Part shown: positions 1 through 9,056 of the stretch, one piece after another
Layout of the letters: every line of letters begins with the position of its first letter
Position numbering within the stretch: position 1 is the first letter of the stretch
Origin: Coleofasciculus chthonoplastes F2-STO-03
Lineage (GTDB): Bacteria > Cyanobacteriota > Cyanobacteriia > Cyanobacteriales > Coleofasciculaceae
Length of the DNA stretch: 36,833 nt
Reading direction: 5' to 3'
Assembly (NCBI GenBank): GCA_040222015.1
Contig: JAVJWO010000063.1
Location: 1 to 36,833 of the forward strand
The notes under the pieces: generated by a model
What the model was told of the DNA's origin: nothing
Databases searched by the model: none
What the model saw: only the letters and a program-made list of their open reading frames with translations
Translations under genes and position numbers: made by a program

Positions 1-2
1 CT

Positions 3-596
3 TCCACGATTACGGGCACATTAGGTGTTACTGCCAAGGGCGCGATTACAGATAGTGGCAACCTCAGTGTTACAGGTGACACGACATTAAATGCCGTTGG
101 GCATGATATTACCCTAGATGATGCCAATAACTTCAGCACAGTAGCCGCCAATGGCGCAAATGTTACCTTAAACGACAACAATGGAATTGTTTTAGGCACT
201 TCCACGATTACGGGCACATTAGGTGTGACTGCCAAGGGCGCGATTACAGATAGTGGCAACCTCACTGTTACGGGTGGCACAACCTTAAATGCTAATGGCA
301 ACGATATTACTCTAGATAATGCCAATGACTTTAGTACAGTAGCCGCCAATGGCGCAAATGTTACCTTAAACGACAGCAATGGGATTATTTTAGGCGCTTC
401 TACTATTACTGGCACATTAGGTGTGAATGCCAATGGCGCGATTACAGATAATGGCAACCTCACTGTTACGGGTGGCACGACATTAAATGCAAACGGCAAT
501 GATATTACCTTAGATAATGCCAATAACTTCAACATAGTCGCCATTAGCAGTGCCAGAAACCTTACCCTCAACGATACTAATGCTATCCAACTATCA
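3..596 (+). repeat. 198-bp (66-aa) tandem coding repeats, at least 3 units
   Basis: Units start at 3, 201 and 399 (TCC/TCT ACG/ACT ATT AC. GGC ACA TTA GGT GT.) and are near-identical at the DNA level. Confidence 0.9.
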
Positions 597-3533
597 TCTT
601 TAACAATTAACGGCAGCTTAGACGTAAATTCAAGTAACACAAACGTTATCGGTAACATCACCACAGGAAACAACCTTACCTTTAATAGTCCAGTCACTCT
701 AGATAACGATTTAACCTTAGATGCTGGACTAACCACTCTGTCTTTTGCCTCCGACTTAAATGCCAATGGTTACTCATTAACTCTAAAAGCCGGTGAAATT
801 AATAATTCAGGTGCAATCACAAACGGCAATAGCCTCACCCTGCAACCTGCCACATCTAACCAAGCCATCATTATTGGTGCAACTAATAACAGCACCACCG
901 CTTTAGACTTGACCACAAGTGAATTAAATGCATTCCAATCTAACTTTAATGTCCTAACCATCGGACAAGGGAACACAAACCCTGTCACCATCAACCCAAT
1001 TACATTTAACAAACCTGTCACCATTCAGGGTGGAACCATTGATGTTAACGGAACCATCACCGGGACAGGAAACTCCTCCGTTACCCTCAACAGTGCAACA
1101 ACCAACCTCAACGCTACTATCGCCACCGCTAACCAGAACATTACTATTACGGGTAACACTAATCTGGGAAATTCCGTCGTCCTTAATACCAACAGTGGCA
1201 CAGGTGATATCAATCTTAACGGCGCAATCAATGGCACTCAGACATTCACCCTTGATGCAGGGACAGGTAACATTAACGCCATGGGAAACATCGGTAACAT
1301 TACTCCCTTAAATAGCCTGACAATTAATCGTGCTAACAATGTTACTACCCAAGATATTACAGCAACCAACGTTACTGTTACCGCCAATCAAACAATTAAT
1401 ACAGCGAACATCAATACCAATTCAACCCTCAATCCGGGTGGAGACATTAGCCTAACCAGCAATAATGGCGTGATTACCACCAACAACCTGACAAGTTCCG
1501 GAACCAGTGGCGGTGATATTCTTATCCAAGCCTTGAACTCGATGAGTCTGGGTGAAATTAATAGCAGTGGTAGTTCTGGTGATGGCGGTGATGTCATTCT
1601 TGACCCCATTGGCGATATTGAAGTCAGTTTTATTAACGCTGAAGGGGGTAACAATGGCAAAGGCGGTAACATTGACATCACCGCAGGTCAATTCTTCCGC
1701 GCCACTGATACTTTCACAGACGCTAACGGTGAAGAAGTTAGCATTTCTAGCGCGGGTGGGGATGATAATGGTAGTATTACTATCCGCCATGGGGGTAACG
1801 GCGAGACTCCTTTTATTGTCGGGAATGCCACAAACAATGGCACAGTTGGTGCAATTACCGATGGTGATATTACCATCCGTCCGACAGAATCCTTTCTCTT
1901 TACTCAGATAGATGGCGACATCGAAATTATTAGTGTTGATGCACCGACGATTCCCGAAGAAGAACCTATAGATGACTTACCAATCAATCCCGTTGATATC
2001 ATCCAACCGACTGAAGTTAGCGAACTTCCAGAAGAAGATAACAATGTATTCTTCGAAGAAGACACCAGTGTTAATCCAGTTGATATCATCCAACCGACTG
2101 AAGTTAGCGAACTTCCGGAAGAAGATAATAATCAATTATCCGAAGACGAAGACGCCAGCGAATCTTCCGAGTCAGCATCCGTACCCACCACAACCAATAC
2201 CTCCACGACTCAAGCCGCCGAAACTGAAGTGGCTCAACAAGAAGACAACTTTACTAATGCTTATGAAAACTATCTGGGGGTTAGAAATACCCGCACCGTT
2301 ACGCCTCAAGAAACAAAAGCCCAGCTTAATCAAATTGAACAAATTACTGGCATCAAACCCGCCCTAATTTACGCCTTCTTTAAACCCCAAACTCCCACTC
2401 CCGAAAAACCCAATCCCAAAGACAAAAACGAAATCCTTTGGCAGTTTAACCCTTCCACCCCTCAACAGCAACAATTTTCCACTAACCCCAATCCTCAACC
2501 CACTGACCAACTCGTCCTCGTCCTCGTTACCGCCTCTGGAGACATAATTCGCCGTCCCGTTCCCGGCGCAACCCGAGAAAAAGTGCTGCAACAAGTGCAA
2601 CAATTACGTCGCGCTGTCACCGATGTTCGCATTCCTCGCCCCTATAAACCGTCTGCACAACAACTTTATGAGTGGTTAATTTCTCCCATTGAAGAAGAAT
2701 TACAAGCCCAAGACATCAATAATCTTAGCTTCGTTATGGATAGTGGCTTGCGTTCCCTCCCCATCGCGACACTCTATGATGGAAACCAATTTATTATTGA
2801 GAACTACAGCGTCGGATTAATGCCCAGTTTTAGCCTCACGGATACCCGGTATGTGGATATCCGCAACGCTAATATCTTAGCCATGGGCGCTTCTCAATTT
2901 GAGGAACAAAACCCTTTACCGGCTGTTCCCCAAGAGTTATCGATGATTACCAATCAATTGTGGTCAGGTGAGTCCTTTCTGAATCAAACTTTTACCCTAG
3001 AAAATCTTAAACAAGCCCGCGATAATCAATCCTTTGGTATTCTCCATCTTGCCACCCATGGAGAATTTAAACCAGGAAAACCTAGTAACTCCTATATTCA
3101 GTTTTGGAATACCCGCTTAACCCTTGACAAATTGCGAGATTTGCAATTAGATAATCCCCCCGTTGAACTGATGGTATTAAGTGCCTGTCGTTCAGCCTTA
3201 GGGGATGAACAAGCGGAGTTAGGCTTTACCGGATTAGCGGTACAAGCTGGGGTGAAATCGGCGTTAGGTAGTCTCTGGTATGTCAGTGATACCGGGACAT
3301 TAGGACTGATGACCACCTTTTATCAACAGTTAAAACAAGACCCGATTAAAGCTGAAGCTTTGCGACAAGCACAATTGGCAATGATGCGGGGGGAAGTGGA
3401 ATTAGACGGCGATGAATTAGTGACACCATCGGCTAGGATTTCTTTACCTGAGGAATTACGCAACCAGGGAACTATTAATCTGACTCATCCCTATTATTGG
3501 AGTGCGTTTACTTTAGTCGGGAATCCGTGGTAG
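3..3533 (+). CDS. Large filamentous-haemagglutinin-like (beta-helix repeat) protein with C-terminal CHAT (caspase-like) domain; 5' end lies outside the window
   Basis: The frame is open from position 3, upstream of the GTG at 225. N/T/G-rich repeats are followed by an acidic P/E/T linker and CHAT motifs (LYEWLISP, LHLATHG, LMVLSAC, SLWYVSD, HPYYWSAF). Confidence 0.9.
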   Translation, partial: STITGTLGVTAKGAITDSGNLSVTGDTTLNAVGHDITLDDANNFSTVAANGANVTLNDNNGIVLGTSTITGTLGVTAKGAITDSGNLTVTGGTTLNANGNDITLDNANDFSTVAANGANVTLNDSNGIILGASTITGTLGVNANGAITDNGNLTVTGGTTLNANGNDITLDNANNFNIVAISSARNLTLNDTNAIQLSSLTINGSLDVNSSNTNVIGNITTGNNLTFNSPVTLDNDLTLDAGLTTLSFASDLNANGYSLTLKAGEINNSGAITNGNSLTLQPATSNQAIIIGATNNSTTALDLTTSELNAFQSNFNVLTIGQGNTNPVTINPITFNKPVTIQGGTIDVNGTITGTGNSSVTLNSATTNLNATIATANQNITITGNTNLGNSVVLNTNSGTGDINLNGAINGTQTFTLDAGTGNINAMGNIGNITPLNSLTINRANNVTTQDITATNVTVTANQTINTANINTNSTLNPGGDISLTSNNGVITTNNLTSSGTSGGDILIQALNSMSLGEINSSGSSGDGGDVILDPIGDIEVSFINAEGGNNGKGGNIDITAGQFFRATDTFTDANGEEVSISSAGGDDNGSITIRHGGNGETPFIVGNATNNGTVGAITDGDITIRPTESFLFTQIDGDIEIISVDAPTIPEEEPIDDLPINPVDIIQPTEVSELPEEDNNVFFEEDTSVNPVDIIQPTEVSELPEEDNNQLSEDEDASESSESASVPTTTNTSTTQAAETEVAQQEDNFTNAYENYLGVRNTRTVTPQETKAQLNQIEQITGIKPALIYAFFKPQTPTPEKPNPKDKNEILWQFNPSTPQQQQFSTNPNPQPTDQLVLVLVTASGDIIRRPVPGATREKVLQQVQQLRRAVTDVRIPRPYKPSAQQLYEWLISPIEEELQAQDINNLSFVMDSGLRSLPIATLYDGNQFIIENYSVGLMPSFSLTDTRYVDIRNANILAMGASQFEEQNPLPAVPQELSMITNQLWSGESFLNQTFTLENLKQARDNQSFGILHLATHGEFKPGKPSNSYIQFWNTRLTLDKLRDLQLDNPPVELMVLSACRSALGDEQAELGFTGLAVQAGVKSALGSLWYVSDTGTLGLMTTFYQQLKQDPIKAEALRQAQLAMMRGEVELDGDELVTPSARISLPEELRNQGTINLTHPYYWSAFTLVGNPW
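1986..2132 (+). repeat. Direct repeat of ~60 bp with 87-bp period in the linker (NPVDIIQPTEVSELPEEDNN x2)
   Basis: Copies start at 1986 and 2073 and differ by only a few silent changes. Confidence 0.9.
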
Positions 3534-3550
3534 TTCAACGAAAACAATAA

Positions 3551-3646
3551 CTAGGGTCTGCTGAATAAGTTTTGTGGTGAGGGGAGGGAACAGGGAACAG
3601 GGAACAGTTTCAAGCCTCTGTTGAGGTAAAATTCAGCAAGCCCTAG
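3551..3646. mobile_element. MITE-like element (~96 bp) with 16-bp imperfect terminal inverted repeats and internal GGGAACA heptamers
   Basis: CTAGGGTCTGCTGAAT (3551-3566) pairs with ATTCAGCAAGCCCTAG (3631-3646); another end-like copy CAGCAAGCCCTA lies at 3733-3744. Confidence 0.6.
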
Positions 3647-3647
3647 A

Positions 3648-3682
3648 TTAGTAGAGACGTTCCGCCAAAACATCTCTACTAA
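3648..3682. repeat. GTAGAGACG-type REP-like palindrome between convergent genes (possible terminator)
   Basis: TTAGTAGAGACGTT...AACATCTCTACTAA hairpin; same family as 35631-35658. Confidence 0.7.
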
Positions 3683-3745
3683 GGGGAAGATTTTGTAGTT
3701 TTTGTGACTACCCCCACACCCAAAACGTCATGCAGCAAGCCCTAT

Positions 3746-4165
3746 TTAGGGAGTCGTGCCAAAAATTTGTTCTTTAAAAGACTGAAATTGTAAGGCTAAG
3801 TCGTGACGGTTAGCCGCACTGAGTAAATAGCGACAAATAAACCAACTCACATAAGCCATGCCAATAATTTCTAGGAGTATGCCTAAAAAAGGAATCGCAT
3901 TAATTGCATTTAGGACAGCCAGACTCAGTTTGAGGCTGGTTAAGGCGGCGATAATCCAAGCCACCGTGATCAAAATTGGTTTGGTGTTTGTTCCTCGGTT
4001 ATTCAGGTGAGCCGAGAGGGTTTCTATCGTCTCTATTAACGTGGAAATGAGTTTGAGCCAAGGCTGTTTTTTTTCTTCGGTGAGAACGTCGCTGATAATT
4101 TCCGGATGGCAGGTTTTTGAGTGGGAGTGAGCGGGTTGTTCAGGAATTGTCATTTTAGCAGTCAT
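3746..4165 (-). CDS. CAAD-domain (CurT/CURT1-like) membrane protein
   Basis: C-terminal LAVLNAINAIPFLGILLEIIGMAYVSWFICRYLL...R.DL matches the CAAD pattern; two hydrophobic helices. Confidence 0.8.
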   Translation of the reverse strand: MTAKMTIPEQPAHSHSKTCHPEIISDVLTEEKKQPWLKLISTLIETIETLSAHLNNRGTNTKPILITVAWIIAALTSLKLSLAVLNAINAIPFLGILLEIIGMAYVSWFICRYLLSAANRHDLALQFQSFKEQIFGTTP

Positions 4166-4537
4166 TTTTTTATTCAGGTAACGACAATAAGCTAATGAGG
4201 GGAGTGAGGAATAGTTGAAGGTGAGTAGAGTTTATTTCACTATATAATTTTCTCTATTCTGTTTTAAACAAGTCCTTAATTCCCTCGCTTTTTTTAGTGT
4301 ATTTATTGAAATATGATTAGGTCAATGGGATTACTGAATCAACATATAATTTTAGTTATTTCTTTATAATTGTTTTAGACAAATTCTATAAAATACAGGC
4401 TGAATTATTTTCATACTTAATAAAGCGACTAAACTCAGACCTGTCTCTCCTAGCTTGACCTTCACAGCAGGATTCACATTCAGGCGACATTCAAACCTGC
4501 CATCCTTTTTTATCTGCTCCAATAAATAGAGGCGGCT

Positions 4538-4665
4538 TAAGCTGTCATGCATTTAAATTGGGTATTAGTAGCGAGCAAGATGCAAAGCCTGCGGCATGGC
4601 TTCGCTTAACGCACTACAAGGATTTTACCATTATTGATATTAAGGTTTAAATGCCGAACAGCTTA
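4538..4665 (+). mobile_element. 128-bp MITE, copy 1
   Basis: TAAGCTGTCATGCATTTAAA ... TTTAAATGCCGAACAGCTTA terminal inverted repeats; near-identical inverted copies at 13272-13399 and 30287-30414. Confidence 0.85.
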
Positions 4666-4953
4666 GTTGATTACGGCGTGACTAGCAGCAAAAGGAAAAA
4701 ACAGGCAACACTGAACGTCGTCGCCATAATTTTTACTTCCTGATCGGCTTTTCTCATAATTCTGTAGATGTCAAGTTATTTACACAAATCTTAATAGAGA
4801 AACCTAGCGGTCAATCATTGCGATCGCGAATCCCGATCATCATTTAAGCTAATTGATTAAGCTGGAGTTCACCTGCCTGATAAGTTCTGCTACTGCAAGT
4901 CATAATAATAGACAACGAAAGACTACACCATTAGCCATTCCCACTTCTCAACT

Positions 4954-5835
4954 ATGACGTTCCATCGCTGGCTGCCTATCTTTTCCACCGTGATTTGCCT
5001 CGTTGCCCCAATCTCCAATCCAGCAACGGCACAATCCTCCTCACCGTCTGAAAATAGCTGTCCAGCACCTGCCCTTTCCCGCTTGCAGAAACACAAAGTC
5101 GCGCCCGGTGAAACATTAGATAGTATTGCTCAACGATACAGCCTAATCCCAGAAACCTTAGCAGAACTCAATCCCAGCCTGTCACAAAAATCCATGCCTG
5201 TGGGTCGAGAGATTCTGATTCCTCCCTTTAATGGAATTCGGGTGCAAGTTCCGGCTGGGGCTAGCTGGCAAGACTTAGCTGAGGCGTATGGTATCCGTGC
5301 TGATATTTTATTTGAGGTCAATGGCTGTCTACCACAACCACCCGATATGGTTTTTGTCTCAGGGGTGAATTGGGTACTGGCAAATCGTAAACCCGTGGAA
5401 AACTATACCGGATTTGCTGGTTATCCCTTGCCCGCCGTAGCGCCTATGGGGTTTAATTACGGTTGGCATCAAAATGGGGATGGACAAACTCAGTTTCACA
5501 GTGGTATTGATCTATTGGCAGACCCTGGAACCACGGTGTTAGCGGTGGATTCGGGTACCGTTGCCTTTGCGGGTCAACAGGGAACCTATGGTAATTTAGT
5601 CGTGATTAATCACCAAGGTGGACGCCAAACCCGCTATGCTCATTTAAGTCGTCTTTCGGTGAGAACGGGTCAACGGATCAAACCGGGAACACCTTTAGGG
5701 GCGGTGGGTACTACAGGAAGTCCGGACATTGACCAACCTCATTTGCATTTTGAAGTTCGCTTCAATGCGCCTGCGGGTTGGGTAGCGCAAGACCCAGAGT
5801 TACATTTGACGGCAAGACCGATAAATAACGAATGA
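4954..5835 (+). CDS. LysM + M23 family metallopeptidase (secreted)
   Basis: Signal peptide, LysM (HKVAPGETLDSIAQRY), M23 motifs HSGID, YAHL and PHLHFE. Confidence 0.9.
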   Translation: MTFHRWLPIFSTVICLVAPISNPATAQSSSPSENSCPAPALSRLQKHKVAPGETLDSIAQRYSLIPETLAELNPSLSQKSMPVGREILIPPFNGIRVQVPAGASWQDLAEAYGIRADILFEVNGCLPQPPDMVFVSGVNWVLANRKPVENYTGFAGYPLPAVAPMGFNYGWHQNGDGQTQFHSGIDLLADPGTTVLAVDSGTVAFAGQQGTYGNLVVINHQGGRQTRYAHLSRLSVRTGQRIKPGTPLGAVGTTGSPDIDQPHLHFEVRFNAPAGWVAQDPELHLTARPINNE

Positions 5836-5860
5836 CGAATGACGAATGACGAATGACGAA
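5828..5860 (+). repeat. STRR heptamer (ACGAATG)n at the gene junction
   Basis: ACGAATG x4 plus a partial unit; it contains the TGA at 5833-5835 and the ATG at 5853. Confidence 0.85.
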
Positions 5861-6983
5861 CTTTATCATATCATTACGTCGCAGCGGAGCATTGTTGCTG
5901 TCAGTGGGTACGGTTAGCTTCTTGTGCGGTATGGGGTATGGTGTTGTCCAAAGCTATCCTGAACCCCCAGCAGAACCCATCATTCAACCTCAATCGGATA
6001 TCCCCACAGAACCCCCGCCGCCGAATGTGACGGTTCAGATTAAAGCCGTGGGTGATATTATTCCGGGTACGAATTATCCTCAGAATAAACTGCATCCGAA
6101 TAAAGCGGTTCTTTTTCAAGCCGTTCAACCCAGCCTGCAAGGTGCTGATTTATTATTTGGCAATTTTGAGAGTACTTTAACGAATTATCCCTATTCGGCT
6201 AAGTCGATAGGGGGATTAATTATCGCCTTTCGCACGCCGCCTGATTATGCCTCTTTGTTAAAAGAGGTGGGCTTTGATATTATGAGCGTTGCCAACAACC
6301 ATTCTTATGATTTCTCACGTCAAGGATTTGCAGATACTATTAATAATTTGGAACAGGCTGGAGTTAAAGCCTTAGGCGAAAAGAATCAAATTTTATATGC
6401 TAACATCAATGACCTATGGATTGCCTGGATTGGTTTTAGTTATTTTAATTATCACAATTCGTTGAATGATTTGCCTACCGCTATAGCGTTAGTGGAAGAA
6501 GCCAGCCAAAATGCCCATATTGTGATTATTTCTGTTCATGCAGGGGCGGAAGGCACTGGGGCGATGCACGTTCGCAATCGAACGGAGTATTTTTTTGGCG
6601 AAAATCGCGGCAATTTGGTTAAGTTTTCCCAGACGATGATTGACCACGGCGCTGATTTAATTCTCGGACATGGACCTCATGTTCCGAGAGCTTTAGAATT
6701 GTATAAGGGGAAGTTAATTGCCTATTCTTTGGGCAATTTTATGGGGTATCGGACTCTCTCGACTCAAGCTCAATTGGCGTATTCTTTGGTATTGGAGGTG
6801 GAGTTGGATAACCAGGGTGATTTGGTTTCGGGTCAAATTATTCCAATTATGTTAAATCGTCAGGGGATTCCTTATCCGGATTCTCAAGGGCGCACGATTC
6901 GACTGATGCGCCAGCTTACTCAGAGTGATTTTCCGAATACTCCTTTACAGATTGATTCAACGGGTAAAATTTTGCCTCAGTAA
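5853..6983 (+). CDS. CapA (PGA_cap) family metallophosphatase-like protein
   Basis: N-terminal TM, Pro-rich linker, motifs AVGDI, GNFE, ANNHSYD, HAGAEG, GHGPHV, YSLGNF. Confidence 0.9.
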   Translation: MTNFIISLRRSGALLLSVGTVSFLCGMGYGVVQSYPEPPAEPIIQPQSDIPTEPPPPNVTVQIKAVGDIIPGTNYPQNKLHPNKAVLFQAVQPSLQGADLLFGNFESTLTNYPYSAKSIGGLIIAFRTPPDYASLLKEVGFDIMSVANNHSYDFSRQGFADTINNLEQAGVKALGEKNQILYANINDLWIAWIGFSYFNYHNSLNDLPTAIALVEEASQNAHIVIISVHAGAEGTGAMHVRNRTEYFFGENRGNLVKFSQTMIDHGADLILGHGPHVPRALELYKGKLIAYSLGNFMGYRTLSTQAQLAYSLVLEVELDNQGDLVSGQIIPIMLNRQGIPYPDSQGRTIRLMRQLTQSDFPNTPLQIDSTGKILPQ

Positions 6984-7040
6984 TGATGATTGGTGATTGG
7001 TTATACTCAATCTGTTAGCATCAGAATTAGATGGTTTTTA

Positions 7041-7080
7041 ACGCAGAGTGACGCAGAGGTTTACGCAGAGGGCGCAGAGG
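7041..7080 (+). repeat. Short dispersed repeat, ACGCAGAG x4
   Basis: ACGCAGAG at 7041, 7051 and 7063, and GCGCAGAG at 7072, between convergent genes. Confidence 0.7.
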
Positions 7081-7156
7081 GGGTTAAAGGATTTGAAGGA
7101 AAAGTTTTTGAAGGGGGTGAAGGGTGAATACTTAACACTCAACATTTAAATATTTT

Positions 7157-7861
7157 TCATTCTTCATCCTTTTTTTGACTCGAATTTTTACCATCAGAAA
7201 ATTGTTCTTTGAATTTATCACCAGCAGATTTGGCTTGGTCGGTAAGATTCTCTGTAACCTGGGGAACACCTTGTTTGAGAGATTCCATATCCTCAAGGGT
7301 TTTCTTATAGTCACTGCGAATAAATTCGGCGGCTTGACTCATGCGCTCATGAATGCCTTCGGTATATTGATCACTGTTTTTAACCGCTTCCTCTAGCACA
7401 ATGATTCGCTTTTTTCCCACACTGGAAACGGCGACGGGCGCAAGGGTATAAATCCCGTCCATCATTCCTTGCCAACCACTGGAGGAATATAAGTAATTAA
7501 CGATGGCTCCCGTTTCTGGTTCAATGATATAATCAACAAATTTGCCAACTTTGTTGCCAGCATCCGTCCAAACTTCTACACCAATGGGAGACTCGAGAAG
7601 TTCAAGGGTTTCAGACTCGGTTTCTTCCTTCAGACTGTTGACAAGAATGCTATCGCTGCCAACAGTATTGACTTGTTCCCAGGTAATGTGGTGTTTTTTG
7701 CCGCCGAGAAACCCAGACTTGCAGGTTAACCCAACCACGCGGTGAGCTTGCCAATCAAGCCATAGCTGTGTCACTCGACCAACTTCTTCAGTTGTATGAC
7801 GATCTAAGACTAATCGGTTTAAGAGTTCACTTTGCTTGAGAACTTCGACTTTTACAGACAT
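7157..7861 (-). CDS. PRC-barrel domain protein (two barrels); start probably 7861
   Basis: SELLNRLVLD..T.EEVGRV and LLESPIGVEVWTDAGNKVGK PRC-like segments; GAGGT Shine-Dalgarno precedes the ATG at 7861. Confidence 0.8.
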   Translation of the reverse strand: MSVKVEVLKQSELLNRLVLDRHTTEEVGRVTQLWLDWQAHRVVGLTCKSGFLGGKKHHITWEQVNTVGSDSILVNSLKEETESETLELLESPIGVEVWTDAGNKVGKFVDYIIEPETGAIVNYLYSSSGWQGMMDGIYTLAPVAVSSVGKKRIIVLEEAVKNSDQYTEGIHERMSQAAEFIRSDYKKTLEDMESLKQGVPQVTENLTDQAKSAGDKFKEQFSDGKNSSQKKDEE

Positions 7862-7886
7862 CAGATACCTCACTTGCGCTATGCTT

Positions 7887-7943
7887 GAGACAATGTAGAC
7901 AGACAATGTTACAATGAGACAATGTTACAATGAGACAATGTTA
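7887..7943 (+). repeat. 16-bp tandem repeat (AGACAATGTTACAATG) in a divergent promoter region
   Basis: Units at 7901, 7917 and 7933 (partial), plus a fragment at 7888. Confidence 0.8.
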
Positions 7944-7997
7944 TCCTACGGATAGAGTGTTTTTTGTTGTATACTTTATAATTTTAATTGATGACGG

Positions 7998-8378
7998 ATG
8001 CGATTATTTTTAATTATAGCAGTTATTATCGCCATCTTAGCAATTATTTTTGCGTTGCAAAATACTGTGCCTATCGCCGTAACTTTAGGGATTTGGCGAC
8101 TAGAGATATCTTTGGCGCTAGTTCTCGTCTTAACTCTAGGGGTTGGCGTTGTGGTGGGATTATTGGTATCGGTACCATCCCTGATGCGGCAAAATTGGAA
8201 ACTTTCCCATCAGAAGCGACACAACAAAGACTTAGAGAAAGAATTAAATGAACAAAGTCAGCAACTGGCGAATCAGCAAAAACGGATTGAATATCTGGAA
8301 AATAGTTTAAAGTTCAATCTGGATTATTCTGAATCATCTGAATCATCTGAATCATCTGATCGGGATTTAAATGCATAG
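7998..8378 (+). CDS. LapA/DUF1049-family small membrane protein with coiled-coil tail
   Basis: IFALQN motif, two TM helices, heptad tail; a 9-bp TCTGAATCA repeat encodes SESSESSES. Confidence 0.8.
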   Translation: MRLFLIIAVIIAILAIIFALQNTVPIAVTLGIWRLEISLALVLVLTLGVGVVVGLLVSVPSLMRQNWKLSHQKRHNKDLEKELNEQSQQLANQQKRIEYLENSLKFNLDYSESSESSESSDRDLNA

Positions 8379-8502
8379 GCTATTTATGGGGTAGGTTTTG
8401 CCTTGTATATCCCTAGAGAATCGAAAGCGATAAACCTATAGTAGATGCAATAATCTTCACCAATACCAGGAATGCGATCGCGGTATCAGTCTCTTCTGCC
8501 TT

Positions 8503-8850
8503 TTACTTTTCCTTGAACAGCGAGTTAAACTGGGCTTTAAGCGATGGCATATCTGCGATTCGTGACACCAGTACACTGGCGTTCCCGGCATCCTCTAGAC
8601 GCTCTTTCCAATAGCGAATCCGATCCGGGTGATTCATCCAGAATTGAATCACGGTATCCACCGCTCTATCCATATTCCATCCCTTCTGAGTGGGAACGGT
8701 TTCAACCGATTCTAAGAATGCATCCAAGGTACATTGATAGGTTCCCAAATATTCAACGCCTGGGGGATTTGCTTTTTCACCGATCCGCTGTTGATGATTA
8801 AAAAAGTCCAGGATAGGGGAAACGCCAAGGATATCAAATGTATAGTTCAT
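8503..8850 (-). CDS. Hypothetical protein (115 aa)
   Basis: ATG with upstream AGAGG; globular composition; fits the gap between neighbours. Confidence 0.75.
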   Translation of the reverse strand: MNYTFDILGVSPILDFFNHQQRIGEKANPPGVEYLGTYQCTLDAFLESVETVPTQKGWNMDRAVDTVIQFWMNHPDRIRYWKERLEDAGNASVLVSRIADMPSLKAQFNSLFKEK

Positions 8851-8982
8851 GGAATTTAGCCTCTACTTTCACAACCGTTATCCCCAATTTAAATCAAATA
8901 AATTGATTATAGATTATCATTGTGAACAGTTTTATGAAAATTTTATTTAACAGTCGAGGGTAAGTTAAAGTAAGTCGTGAAA

Positions 8983-9009
8983 TTAGCACTCAATGCCATG
9001 GAGTGCTAA
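8983..9009. promoter_or_regulatory. CIRCE operator (HrcA binding site), perfect consensus
   Basis: TTAGCACTC-AATGCCATG-GAGTGCTAA matches TTAGCACTC-N9-GAGTGCTAA exactly. Confidence 0.9.
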
Positions 9010-9056
9010 TAAAAACCAGAACAAATTCGGTAGTTTAACAACAACGAAAAGAGCCA

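Noticed and set aside
225..227. GTG at 225 as the gene start
   Set aside because: It is an internal Val of a repeat unit; the frame is open back to the window edge.
770..3316. Many short alternative-frame and antisense ORFs inside the adhesin/CHAT gene
   Set aside because: Shadow ORFs of a long, codon-biased gene with no motifs. The same applies to nested ORFs in the kinase, GT, BNR, HK, HDAC and msrA genes.
4364..4552. 62-aa ORF (also 13131-13379)
   Set aside because: Starts inside or runs through the 128-bp MITE; no coding features.
7862..7906. Longer start for the PRC-barrel gene
   Set aside because: It begins within the tandem repeat; the ATG at 7861 has a good SD.
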